A stretch of 64,000 nt of DNA from an uncultured delta proteobacterium (GTDB lineage: Bacteria > Myxococcota_A > Polyangia > Polyangiales > Polyangiaceae). Positions 23,504 through 33,800 of this stretch are shown here, piece after piece. The stretch lies in assembly GCA_963806225.1 (NCBI GenBank), contig CAWDXG010000004.1, forward strand, positions 1,120,001 through 1,184,000, written 5' to 3'. A model generated the notes under the pieces. It ran no database searches. It saw only the letters and a list, made by a program, of their open reading frames with translations, and was not told where the DNA came from. The position numbers and the translations under genes were made by a program. How positions within the stretch are numbered: the first letter of the stretch is position 1; each line of letters opens with the position of its first letter.

Positions 23504-24317
23504 ATGGCCGACGACGACAAGAACGACGACAAGAAGAGCGACCCGCCCGCCGAGGGCTCGAAGAAACGTTCGGGTCCGAGCCGCCCTGGAAGAACGGCGA
23601 CGACAAGAAGGCCGACGACAAGAAGGCCGACGAGGCCAAGGCGGAGAAGGCCGACGACAAGAAGGCCGACGACAAGAAGGCCGACGACAAGAAGGCCGAC
23701 GAGGCCAAGGCGGAGAAGGCCGACGACAAGAAGGCCACGAGCAAGGCCGTGGCCGACGACAAGAAAGCCGACGACAAGAAGGCCGCGAGCAAGGCCGTGG
23801 CCGACGACGAGGAAGAGGACGACGAGGAAGAGGACGACGAGGAGACGAGGACGACGAGGACGACGAGGACGACGAGGACGACGAGGACGACGAGGAAGAA
23901 GAAAAGCCTGCTCCTCGCAAGTCCGCCAAGCAGAAGGCAACCTCCTCGAAGGGTCCTTCCGCCAGGTCCGGCAGCCAGAAGAAAGCATCGAAGGCGGCAG
24001 CTGCGCGCCGTCCGGAAAAGCCTTCCCGCCAGCGCCCCGAGCCGGAAGGCGGAGAGGACTTGTTCCCCGACTGGGCTCCCTGGGCCGTGTTGATCGGCCT
24101 GATCGCGATCGGCCTGCTCGGCGCACTGGGCGTCTTCACTCCGAAGCACACCGGGCCCACCGCAGCCGACGTCGACGCCGACACCGCACCGTCCGCGACC
24201 GACGTGGCGAATCCAATGGCGCCGCCACCCGGTTCACCGAGCGGAGCCGAGCCCCGCCCCCGACTGCTGCTCAAGCCGAACATGATCAAGCAGCTGCCGA
24301 AGCCCCCGACGCGCTAG
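23504..24317 (+). CDS. Low-complexity D/K/E-rich single-pass membrane protein (frameshifted)
   Basis: MADDDKNDDKK, KKADD repeats, acidic tract, K/S-rich linker, TM PDWAPWAVLIGLIAIGLLGALG. Confidence 0.6.
23599..23897 (+). repeat. Coding repeats: gacgacaagaaggcc (DDKKA) units and gacgacgag (DDE) units
   Basis: Directly visible tandem 15-bp and 9-bp units. Confidence 0.8.
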
Positions 24318-24326
24318 ACGTCGATA

Positions 24327-24816
24327 ATGAACCCGATCCCGAGAGCGGCGCGCGCGGCGCTGTTGCCGCTGCTGATCTGGGTCGGCGGCTCGACGGGCTG
24401 CGTCGTCACGACGTTCGAAGGCCCGTCCGAGCCGCCGCGCGTGGCTCCCGTACCGCTGGCCCCCGGAGCGGCCGCCCGCGCCGACGAGCCCAGCCGAAAT
24501 CGCCGCGAGCCACATCCTCATCCAGTACAAAGGCGCGCTGCACGCCGGGCCGGGCATCACCCGCACCAAGGCCGAAGCCCGCGCGCTGGCGGGGAAAGTG
24601 CTCGCCAAGGCGCGCGCCGGCGAGGACTTCGGCAAGCTCGCCGCGAAATACTCCGACGAGCCCGGCGCGGCCGCGCGCGGCGGCAGCCTCGGCCATTTCA
24701 GCCGCAACATGATGGTGCAGGAGTTCTCCGACGCGGCCTTCAAGCTGAAGGTCGGGCAGCTCTCCGGCGTCGTGGAGACACCGTTCGGGTTCCACGTGAT
24801 CAAGCGGACCGAGTAG
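24327..24816 (+). CDS. Parvulin (PpiC-type) peptidyl-prolyl isomerase, lipoprotein (frameshift near 24495)
   Basis: Lipobox STGC; ASHILIQY, DFGKLAAKYSDEPG, GGSLG, MVQEFSDAAF, VETPFGFHVIKR. Confidence 0.88.
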
Positions 24817-24880
24817 CGAGCCCGAACGACGTCGCGACACCCGCTCGGCGCGGTCCCGCCCTGCCTCGCGCCGGGAGCGC

Positions 24881-26026
24881 TCAGCCGCGCAGGAGGTGCT
24901 TGGCGATGACCATGCGCTGCACCTGGCTCGTGCCCTCGCCTATCTCGCAGATCTTCACATCGCGCAGATGACGTTCCACGTCGAACTCGCGCGTGTAGCC
25001 GTAGCCGCCGTGGATCTGCAGCGCGTCGTTGCACGCCTTGGTTGCCGCTTCGCTCGCGAACAGCTTCGCCATGGCCGCTTCGCGCGAGTACGGTTCGCCC
25101 CGATCGCACAGCATCGCCGCGCGCTGGATCAGAAGCTCGGAGGCGTCCAGCGTGGTCGCCGCGTCGGCCAGCATCCACTGGATCGCCTGGTACTCGGCGA
25201 TCGGCTTGCCGAAGGCCTGGCGGTCCTTCGCGTAGCCGAGCGCCATCCCGAGCGCTCCGCGCCCGAGCCCGAGCGCCATGGCGGCAATCGAGATGCGCCC
25301 GCGATCGAGGATGCTCATGGTGTTGTAGAAGCCCTGATCGACGTCGCCCAGCCGCTGCGAATCGGCAACGCGCACGTTCTCCAGCGTCAGCTCCACCGTG
25401 TCGCTCGAGCGGCAGCCGTACTTTTCCAGCTTCTTGCTGGCGGAGAAGCCTTTCGTCCCCTGGTCGACGATGAACGCGGTGATCCCGCGCTGGGCAGGCA
25501 CGTCCTTGTTGCTGCGCGCCAGTACGACACAGAAACCACCCACCGAGCCCTGCGTGATGAACATCTTCGTGCCGTTCAGCACCCAGTCGTCGCCATCGCG
25601 CACGGCCGTCGTCTTCATCGCCGAGCTGTCCGAGCCGGAGCCCGGCTCGGTCAACGCCCAGGCCGCCAGCCACTCGCCGCTCGCCGCCTTCGGCAGGTAC
25701 CGCTGCTTCTGCGCGTCGTTGCCGAACGCCAGGATATGACCGGTCCCGAGACCGTTGTGGCTCGCCACGGTGAGCGCCAGCGAGCCATCCACCCGCGCGC
25801 ACTCCTCCACGCAGATCGCATAGGCCAGCGTATCCATCCCGGCGCCCCCGTATTCCTCCGGGATGCGGATGCCCAGCAAGCCAAGCTCGGCCAGCTTCGG
25901 CACGAGTTCCTGGGGAAAGTGCTCCTCGGCATCCCATTTCCTCGCCTTGGGGCGCACTTCGCGCTCGCAGAATTCGCGCACGCTCTGGCGCAGGATCTGG
26001 TGCTGCTCGTCTAGCTCGAAGTCCAC
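24881..26026 (-). CDS. Acyl-CoA dehydrogenase
   Basis: ALTEPGSGSD, LNGTKMFIT, RQAFGKPI, ALQIHGGYGY, IGEGTSQVQR. Confidence 0.95.
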   Translation of the reverse strand: MDFELDEQHQILRQSVREFCEREVRPKARKWDAEEHFPQELVPKLAELGLLGIRIPEEYGGAGMDTLAYAICVEECARVDGSLALTVASHNGLGTGHILAFGNDAQKQRYLPKAASGEWLAAWALTEPGSGSDSSAMKTTAVRDGDDWVLNGTKMFITQGSVGGFCVVLARSNKDVPAQRGITAFIVDQGTKGFSASKKLEKYGCRSSDTVELTLENVRVADSQRLGDVDQGFYNTMSILDRGRISIAAMALGLGRGALGMALGYAKDRQAFGKPIAEYQAIQWMLADAATTLDASELLIQRAAMLCDRGEPYSREAAMAKLFASEAATKACNDALQIHGGYGYTREFDVERHLRDVKICEIGEGTSQVQRMVIAKHLLRG

Positions 26027-26158
26027 GCGTTCATCCTCTCTCGCGGGTCCGCCCGGGGGATAGGGCCGCACGGGAGATAGCACGTCTGGTCTCGATTTCG
26101 CGCGACAACCCGGCCCGCCCTGACGGCCACCGGTTGAACCAATCCCGCGCTCTGGACG

Positions 26159-27271
26159 CTACTTGCCGCCGGCGGTGTCGATGAGCTGTTTGAGCCGCGC
26201 CAGCTTCTGGTCCTTGTCGAGGCTCACCTTCTTCGCGTCCTCGGCGGATTGCCCGGAGTCGAGAGCGTACTCCTCGTCGCCCACACCGAAGACGCGCGCG
26301 CCCTTGCGGCCGGCCATCCACTCTATCCGCGGGCTGGACTCGTCGGCACGCCGGGCAAACGTCACCATGTCGTACAGCTGCTTCTTCAGCGTCTTCGCGC
26401 CGTCGAGCTTCCTGAGCGTCTTCATCACGTCCTTCGCCGACGCCTCGTCCGGCCGCACGATCACGAAATCGCGCCAGCGCTTGTCGCCGTTCTTGTAGAA
26501 GCCCTCGGCGCCGGGACCGGCTCCCTTGATGCCGAGCACGTCCTTCGCGTCGTAGGCGATGCCCTGGCTGACGCGATCAGCGGACGGCAGCGCGAAAGCC
26601 GCCGGCGGGAGCGACTTGTCGCCCGGAAGCTTGTCGCCGAGCTGCTTGGCAAAGGACGGCAGCAGGCTGTCGCTGCTCTTCTTCACCTGATCCGGCGCCT
26701 CGTTTTCGTTCACGTAGCTGATCTCGGCAACGTACTCGCCGCGCCATACGTAGGCGATGCCCGTACCCAGCGCAGCGGCGCCCCCGGCGTGGAGCTTGCT
26801 CGGCGCGTTTTCGGCCGGGTCGCTGTCGGCCACCACGCGCTTGGTATAGAAGCCGAACGCGCCGTCGCGGCTACCGAAGCGCGAGAGGTTCACGGTCACG
26901 GTGCCGGGCGAGCCCTTGCCGTCGATGTAGCGGAGCGTGACGACGCGCTTCAGGCCGTAGCTCTTGTAGACCTCGCACTCGCCGTCGAAGAGCTCCGTGC
27001 AGACCTTGTCGAGCCCTTCCTTCGCACTGGCGCCGTAGGTGCGGGTCTCGCCGTTGGGGTCGATACAGTAGCCGGCCACCGTGCGCGGAAAGAACGCGGC
27101 GGAGACCTTGTCGCTGACCGTGCCGCCGCCCCCGAGACAGGCCCCGGGCTTCGAGCTCTGGATGGGCGGTGGCGCGACGCCGTGCTCGGCGGCCAGCTTG
27201 TCTTTCTTCGAGTGGCAGGCGACGAACAGGGACAGCGACATCCCGACGAACAGTGGCGTGCGAATCCTCAT
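26159..27271 (-). CDS. Lipoprotein, DUF6599-like
   Basis: Lipobox FVAC; FDGECEVYKSYG..VNLSRFGSRDGAFGFYT..WRGEYVAEI resembles DUF6599 (from memory). Confidence 0.55.
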   Translation of the reverse strand: MRIRTPLFVGMSLSLFVACHSKKDKLAAEHGVAPPPIQSSKPGACLGGGGTVSDKVSAAFFPRTVAGYCIDPNGETRTYGASAKEGLDKVCTELFDGECEVYKSYGLKRVVTLRYIDGKGSPGTVTVNLSRFGSRDGAFGFYTKRVVADSDPAENAPSKLHAGGAAALGTGIAYVWRGEYVAEISYVNENEAPDQVKKSSDSLLPSFAKQLGDKLPGDKSLPPAAFALPSADRVSQGIAYDAKDVLGIKGAGPGAEGFYKNGDKRWRDFVIVRPDEASAKDVMKTLRKLDGAKTLKKQLYDMVTFARRADESSPRIEWMAGRKGARVFGVGDEEYALDSGQSAEDAKKVSLDKDQKLARLKQLIDTAGGK

Positions 27272-27353
27272 CTGGGCAGCTCCGTGGTCCTTCCGGTCCC
27301 GCAATAGACCGCCCGCGCTGCCCGGGCAATCACGCGCTGGCAGCAGCGTCGAA

Positions 27354-27391
27354 TGTGGCAAAATGCAACGATTTTGTGACATTTCGCCACA
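27354..27391. promoter_or_regulatory. Inverted repeat, putative enhancer (UAS) for a sigma54 activator
   Basis: TGTGGCAAAATG-N14-CATTTCGCCACA (11 of 12 complementary) in an AT-rich intergenic patch about 150 bp upstream of a -24/-12 box. Confidence 0.55.
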
Positions 27392-27538
27392 GCGAGCGGT
27401 CAGCGGAACCGAGGCGAGGCTATCGCTCTGCTTTCCCCAGCTCTGCAACGATTACATAGCGATGCAATCCTTACCGCGTGGCGCACTTGCGGGCCCTCGA
27501 AATCACGGGGAAAATCGCTCCGCACCGGCCCGCACCGG

Positions 27539-27554
27539 CGGCACAGGGCTTGCT
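27539..27554 (+). promoter_or_regulatory. sigma54 (-24/-12) promoter of the minor pilin operon
   Basis: CGGCACAGGGCTTGCT versus consensus TGGCACG-N4-TTGCW, exact GG-N10-GC spacing, 28 nt before ATG 27583. Confidence 0.7.
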
Positions 27555-27582
27555 CCTGGCTTCGATCGGGATCTCTGCGCCT

Positions 27583-28266
27583 ATGAGCCTAAGCCTATCC
27601 ACCCTCCACCGCCGCCGGAAGGCCGCCCAGCGCGGCTTCTCGCTGATCGAGCTGGTCGTCGTCGTCATCATCATCGCCATCCTGGCGGTGATCGCCATTC
27701 CCTCGATCACCCGTCGGATGCGTGACCATCGCACGGCCCAGGCCGCCGAGAAGGTCAGCAACATCTTCCGGGGGGCCCGCATGCGTGCCATGGGCCGCGG
27801 CGCTGCCGTGCTGGTGCGCTTCGACGCCAGCAGCAATCCCGAGGGGAGCCTGACGGTGCAGGAAGCGGTGCGCGGCAGCGCGGTGACCGACGCCAACTGC
27901 AAGCGACTGCCCTCCTCGAGCTGCACGCTGACCGACTGGACCACACCGACCGGCAACACCGTGACCGGCAACGTCCTGGTGTCGAGCTTCGCGCCGCCCG
28001 CCCAGGGTCAGTACCAGGACACCTACATCACGCTCCAGGGCGACGCCGCGCACTCCGGCGCGCAACAGCAGATGGACCTGTGCTTCACACCGCTCGGGCG
28101 CGCGTTCGTCCGCTACAGCCAGACCGGCACCTTCACGCCGCTCGCGGGCGTGCCGGTCGCCGAGGTGTACCGGAAGACCGGCTCGGCCATCTCGGGGCTG
28201 ATCCGCACCGTGATGATCCTGCCCAACGGCAGCACGCGCCTCGGCACGGCGAAGGTGGGGCCATGA
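27583..28266 (+). CDS. fimU: Type IV minor pilin, FimU/FimT-like
   Basis: Prepilin site QRG|FSLIELVVVVIIIAILA; ARMRAM; CFTPLGR. Confidence 0.8.
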   Translation: MSLSLSTLHRRRKAAQRGFSLIELVVVVIIIAILAVIAIPSITRRMRDHRTAQAAEKVSNIFRGARMRAMGRGAAVLVRFDASSNPEGSLTVQEAVRGSAVTDANCKRLPSSSCTLTDWTTPTGNTVTGNVLVSSFAPPAQGQYQDTYITLQGDAAHSGAQQQMDLCFTPLGRAFVRYSQTGTFTPLAGVPVAEVYRKTGSAISGLIRTVMILPNGSTRLGTAKVGP

Positions 28267-28907
28267 CCGGCCGTCGGCTTCAACGTGCGCGGGCGCGCGG
28301 CTACACTGTGGTCGAGCTGATGATGGCGCTGACGATCCTGGCGATCGGCGTCTCCGGCATCATCGCGATGGAGAAGGTCACCGTCGCCGCCAACCAGCAC
28401 GCCAAATCGCTGGCGATCGCCTCGCGCATCGCGGAGGCGTGGCAGGAGCAGCTCGCGGCCGACGCGGCGCAGTGGAACCACCCCTCGGAAAAGCAGAACA
28501 AGCGCGACCTCGACAGCGACACCACCTGGCTCAAGCTGGTCGACTCCAATCCAGGCCAGTGGGTGCGGCCGCAGTGGAGTGCAGCGCGGCAGTTCGGAGC
28601 CGCGTTCGACGCGCTGGGCAACCCCATCAGCGAGGGCGGCGCCAGCGGCTCGGGCGCCAGCGCCAACCTGTCGCAGGCCGTGTTCTGCGCCAACATCCGG
28701 CTCGACTGGCTCTACCCCGACACCGCCGGCAACGGCCTGATCCGCGCCTCGGTACGGGTCTTCTGGGTCCGCGACGGCATGGGCGGCACCGTGAACGGCC
28801 AGTCGGTCTGCGATCCGTCAGCCAATCCCACCGACATCGGCCAGGCCGTGACCCGGTATCACTTCGTCTACCAGACCACTGCGGTGAAGCAGCAGACGGC
28901 AATCTGA
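28263..28907 (+). CDS. pilV: Type IV minor pilin, PilV-like
   Basis: ARG|YTVVELMMALTILAIG; VRVFW; second gene of the cluster. Confidence 0.8.
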   Translation: MTGRRLQRARARGYTVVELMMALTILAIGVSGIIAMEKVTVAANQHAKSLAIASRIAEAWQEQLAADAAQWNHPSEKQNKRDLDSDTTWLKLVDSNPGQWVRPQWSAARQFGAAFDALGNPISEGGASGSGASANLSQAVFCANIRLDWLYPDTAGNGLIRASVRVFWVRDGMGGTVNGQSVCDPSANPTDIGQAVTRYHFVYQTTAVKQQTAI

Positions 28908-30163
28908 TGCTCCGGTCCTCCTTCCCTCGTTCACGCGCACGGCGCTCCGGCTTTACCCTTGTGGAGCTGATGGTCGCGATCACGGGCGGGCTGATCGTGT
29001 CGATCGTGGTGTTCGAGCTGGCGAAGGACGCCTCGCGTTTCTACAAGAGCGAAACGCGCACTGCCGACGCGACGCTGGCCGGAATGGTCGGCTTCGAGCG
29101 CCTGCAGAACGACATCGCCCGCGCGGCCTTCATGGCGTCACCCAACGTGCGCCGCGACCCGTCGGTGTGCGGCAATCCGGTCGGCGATGCCAGCTGGCCG
29201 ACGGAGCTCAAGCACATGGCCGGCCTGCGCATCGGCAGCTCGCCGACCAACACCACGCTCAAGGCCAACGGCCTCGCGCCGGACAGCATCACGCTCGCCG
29301 GCAGCTTCTCCTCCGTGGAGGAGTTTCCGATCTGGGGCGTGACCGACAGCGGCTCGACCTACATCGTCGCATTGCAGACGAAGATCGGTCCGCTGGCGCG
29401 CATGGGGTACGACGCCAGCAAGACGCAGCTGCAGATCCTGTCGTCCGTGTTCGGAGTGGGCCGGGCACTGCGCATCGTCGATCGTTCGGGCAAGGCCCAG
29501 TACGGCACCATCAAGGACGTCAACGCTTCGCCACCCCAGGTCATCCTCACCCACAACCCCACGCTGCGCCTGCGGACGAGCGCCAGCAGCATCTGCGGCA
29601 TCCGCGCCAACGAGACCGGGTACGTCAACGTGGTCAACTTCGTCAAGTACGAGGTCAAGAGCCTCAGGGGCAATGCCGACTACGCGCCGATCTACTCGGA
29701 CGCCGGCGCGGCGCCCTGGGACGGGGATCGCACCGAGCTGGTGCGATCCGAGCTCGACACCTCCGGCCAGGAGATCGCGAACACCCAGGAAGTGGTCGCG
29801 GAGTACGCGGTGGACCTGAAGTTCGGGCTCACGGTCGTCAGCGGAACCATCCTCAACCAGACCGATCCGACCCTGACCACGCTGGCGCCGGGCGACACGT
29901 CGAACATCCTCAAGTACGCGGGCGATACCACCGGCATCACTTCGCCGCTCTTCGGCCCCCAGCGCATACGGGCGGTGCGGGTACGCCTCTCCGTGCGCTC
30001 GCGCGAGGCGGACCGCTCGGCCAATATCACGGCCGGCGGCGCGATCGCCCCCGGGTTGTACCGCATCGGGCTCGGCGCCAACGGCGCCCCGCCCTTCGCC
30101 CGCGTCCGCACGCTGCAGGCGGATGTCTCGCTGCCGAACCAGATGGGGACGCTGTGGAACTGA
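28907..30163 (+). CDS. pilW: Type IV minor pilin, PilW-like
   Basis: RSG|FTLVELMVA; LQNDIARAAF; EVVAEYAVDLKF; IRAVRVRLSVRS. Confidence 0.82.
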   Translation: MLRSSFPRSRARRSGFTLVELMVAITGGLIVSIVVFELAKDASRFYKSETRTADATLAGMVGFERLQNDIARAAFMASPNVRRDPSVCGNPVGDASWPTELKHMAGLRIGSSPTNTTLKANGLAPDSITLAGSFSSVEEFPIWGVTDSGSTYIVALQTKIGPLARMGYDASKTQLQILSSVFGVGRALRIVDRSGKAQYGTIKDVNASPPQVILTHNPTLRLRTSASSICGIRANETGYVNVVNFVKYEVKSLRGNADYAPIYSDAGAAPWDGDRTELVRSELDTSGQEIANTQEVVAEYAVDLKFGLTVVSGTILNQTDPTLTTLAPGDTSNILKYAGDTTGITSPLFGPQRIRAVRVRLSVRSREADRSANITAGGAIAPGLYRIGLGANGAPPFARVRTLQADVSLPNQMGTLWN

Positions 30164-30849
30164 CACGGCACAGGGCACGGCGCGGCGAGCGCGGCGCGGC
30201 GGTGTTCATCGTCGTGATGGTGATCGTGCTCCTGACGGCCATCGGCATCGTCGCCGCGCGCAGCGCCAGCCTGGTCGACGAGGCCTCGGGCTATAGCCGC
30301 CAGGCGCTGCAGACCTACTACCTCACGGACTACGCCGGGCGCGTGGCCACCAGCGAGCTCGGCAGCAAGCCCCAGACGTATCTCGACCTGATGCGCAAAG
30401 GCGCGGAGGCTTGCCCGTCCAACAAGCTGGTAACCCCCGTGACCTCGGGCGCGCCCATCCCTTGTTACAAGCTGTTCATGAGCGAGCTCGCTGGCCGCGT
30501 CGCTGACAACTACAACGGCCAGACGCTTCTCGACGCCCAGACCACGAGCGCCCCGGGCAGCCTGGGAGCACCGCTGTCCAGCGGCGCCGACATGCTCAAC
30601 GGCGTGTTCATGGTCGAGATGATCGAGGCCTACAAGGCAGATCCGAAAGCGAAGTCCGACGTGGGCGGAGGCGCCAACTCGTTCTTCGATGTGAAGGTGA
30701 CGCTGACGGCCTTCGGCCAGATCCGCTCGATGCCCAGCTCGGGTGTCAACACCGACCCGTGGTGTGCGCCGAAGACCGGCGTCTCCAGCAGCGCCAGCGT
30801 GCAGGCAGTGCGCGCGCACGTGACCCTGCCGAACATCCCGGCGCAGTAG
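30154..30849 (+). CDS. pilX: Type IV minor pilin, PilX-like
   Basis: ERG|AAVFIVVMVIVLLTAIG, lacking Glu5 as PilX/GspK do; directly upstream of pilY1. Confidence 0.78.
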   Translation: MELTRHRARRGERGAAVFIVVMVIVLLTAIGIVAARSASLVDEASGYSRQALQTYYLTDYAGRVATSELGSKPQTYLDLMRKGAEACPSNKLVTPVTSGAPIPCYKLFMSELAGRVADNYNGQTLLDAQTTSAPGSLGAPLSSGADMLNGVFMVEMIEAYKADPKAKSDVGGGANSFFDVKVTLTAFGQIRSMPSSGVNTDPWCAPKTGVSSSASVQAVRAHVTLPNIPAQ

Positions 30850-30863
30850 AGGGAGAAGAGACC

Positions 30864-33800
30864 ATGTACCCTCGTAGATTCCTTCAGCGTTTCCCGAGGC
30901 CCCCCGGGCTTCTGGTCGCCGCGTTTGCGGCCGCCGGCGTTCTGGGTCTGTCCGGCCTGGCCCGGGCTCAGACGGACGTGAATCCGCCGCTGCCCAACGT
31001 GATGCTGCTCGTCGATACGTCGGGATCGATGGAGTACAAGTCTTCCAGCTCCGACTACCCCACCTGCGACCCGACGGGCGCGACGCCGAGCGAGAAGAGC
31101 CGGTGGATCGACCTTTTGAGCGTGCTCACCGGCTCCATCCAGGACTATCGCTGCTACTCCGAAGACCGGAGCTCGCTGGCGTTCAAGCAGGAGTACTCGC
31201 TCGGCTCGACGCTCCCGTACGACCTCGACTACATGAACCCCTACCACCGCCCGCTGAGTGGCACCTGCACCCCCGGCCCCGGCGTACTGCCCTCGCCCAA
31301 CGCCTACACGTTCCCGAGCGGCGCGATCCACTACCACCCCTACGACAACCCGACAGGCAGCTGCTCGAACTTCTCCCAGGCCAGCGACGGACTGCTCGAC
31401 TCGTTCCAGACGCGGGTGCGCTTCGGCCTGATGACGTTCGACACGCTGCCGGATCCGGGCACCGGCGTCAGCGGCACGTCGCCCGACTACCTGAGCGGCG
31501 TGCGCGGCACCTGGAGCTACTTCGTAGGCCAACCGCACCAGGGCAAGCCCACCGGCTGCGGCACGCTGTCGAACCAGGAGGTCGGGGCGCGCAATGCTGC
31601 AGCGCCACCCTGGGAAGGCCGCATGGTGGCGTTCGGTGATCCGAACGCCTCGGGCGGCGCTATCACAACCAGGAACGAGCAGATCCAGCAGATCCTGCTC
31701 GCATCGCGCCCCTACGGCGCCACGCCAATCGCCGGCATGCTCGACGACGCAAGGGATTTCTTCTGGAATGACCATTCCAAGGATCCGGTCGATACCAGCA
31801 AGGACTTCGGGCCCTACAACGACCCGTACGTGGCCGGCGGCTGCCGCAAGAACTTCGTCGTCCTGCTCAGCGACGGCGAGCCGAACATGGACCTCAGGCC
31901 ATTCTGCGATGCGTCCGGCAGTCCGGCGGGCCAGTGCCCGTACAAGGACAAGCCGGAAGAAGTCTCCGCCGACCTTGCCAATGCGGCGCTTCACAAGCCC
32001 ATCGACACCTTCGTGATCGGATTTGCCGTGTCGAAGGTCACGGTGGGGGGCTCGGCCACGCCCGTCGACTGCAAGAAGCTCACGCAGGCCGATCTCGATC
32101 CGAGCCAGTCGAGCGGCAGCCTGTGCTCGCAATACCCGGACAATTCCGCACTGCAGGCCTGCTGCACGCTGAGCCGTATCGCCTACAACGGCGGCACCGA
32201 CCACGCGTATTTCGCCGACAATCTGGACGAGCTGCGCCTGGCGATGAGCGCCGTCCTGTCGCAGATCGCCACCAGCACGACCAGCCGCACGCTGCCGGTG
32301 TTCGCCGCCAACAGCAACGTACGTGATGCGTTCGCCGGCTCGTACCGCTTCTACAGCTCCTTCCAGCCGCAGGCGTTCGACCTGTGGACCGGCGTGCTCG
32401 AGCGCCAGCGCTACGTCTGCCAGAAGGACACCGGCACAGGCCAGATCAATCCGGTCGCGCAGACCATCGATCCGTCCAAGGGCGACGACTTCGTCGCCAA
32501 CGTGAATTCCGCTCCCAAGTCTCGCGCGCTCTACACGGTGATTGCCGACGCGAACGCCGGCGCGCGCTACTCCCAGCACTCGATCCGCCCGGAGCTGACC
32601 AGCGACCCGGACGGCATGGGGCAGTACAGCGGGGTCACCATCGGCAAGGATGCACCGCTCGCTTTCGACAACGACGTGCCGCCTGCCGCGATGAGCATCG
32701 ACAGCACCACCTGCGCGGGCATGACCGCTACGCAGTGTCGTGACAAGTACATGAAGTGGGAGGTCGGCCTCGACAACGGCACCTCCTACACGCGCTGCAA
32801 GAACGTGGGCACATCCGACTGCAACGTGGTCGGCGACATCTACCACTCGACGCCGCGTCTGGTGGGGCGGCCGGGCGAGTTCCTGCGCGACGAGAGCTAC
32901 CAGGTCTTCGCCCAGGGCCAGGCGACCCGGCCGCTGGTGCTGTACACGTCCACGAACGACGGCTTCCTGCATGCCTTCAAGGTCGCGCCCGGCGACTCCA
33001 AGGACACCGACAAGGTCGACAAGAAGGAGAACAACGAGCTCTGGGCCTTCATGCCGCCGGCGGTGCTGCCCGATGTCCCCTCGCAGTATCCCGGCACGCA
33101 TCTGCCGCTGCTCGACGGTGCGCCCGTGATCAAGGACGTGGTCGCCATGGAGGACAGCAACAAGAAGCTGGTCCTGGAACGCACCCAGGACGGCGCGCGC
33201 AGCGGCACCACGACCTGGCGCACCATCCTGGTCCAGGGGTTCGGCGCGAACCGCGGCGGCTACTTCGCGCTGGACGTGACCGACCCCGTTCCCGACGCGA
33301 CGCACAACCCGAAGTTTTTGTGGCAGCTGACGACCGACGCCACCGGCAAGCCGCTGTTCGGAACCCGGAGCGGCACGCCGCTCATCACGACGCTATTCTT
33401 CGATCCCGACGGCAGCGGCGCGCGCGAAGTTCCGGTGGCCGTGCTGCCCGGCGGCGACGGACCCGGTCCGACGGGCGCCAAGTGCAACCGCGCGGATCCG
33501 ACTCCGACGCACGTGGACACGAACTATCCGCCGCGCTCGCAGATCAACTGCTATCCGGCCGCGGCAGGGCCCGCCCGTTCGCTGACCATCGTGCGGCTGG
33601 ACACCGGCGAGATCATCCGCACTTTCCGGCGAAGCACCGCGGACGCGCCTCCGGGGCTCGCAGCGCGCGTGATCGCGTCGCCGCTGGACTCGCCCATCAC
33701 GGGAACGCCGGTCGCGTTCCCGGGCGACACCGGCAGCATCGCCGATCGGGTCTTCGTGGGTGACCGCGACGGCACGCTGTGGCGGGTCGACCTGTCTTCC

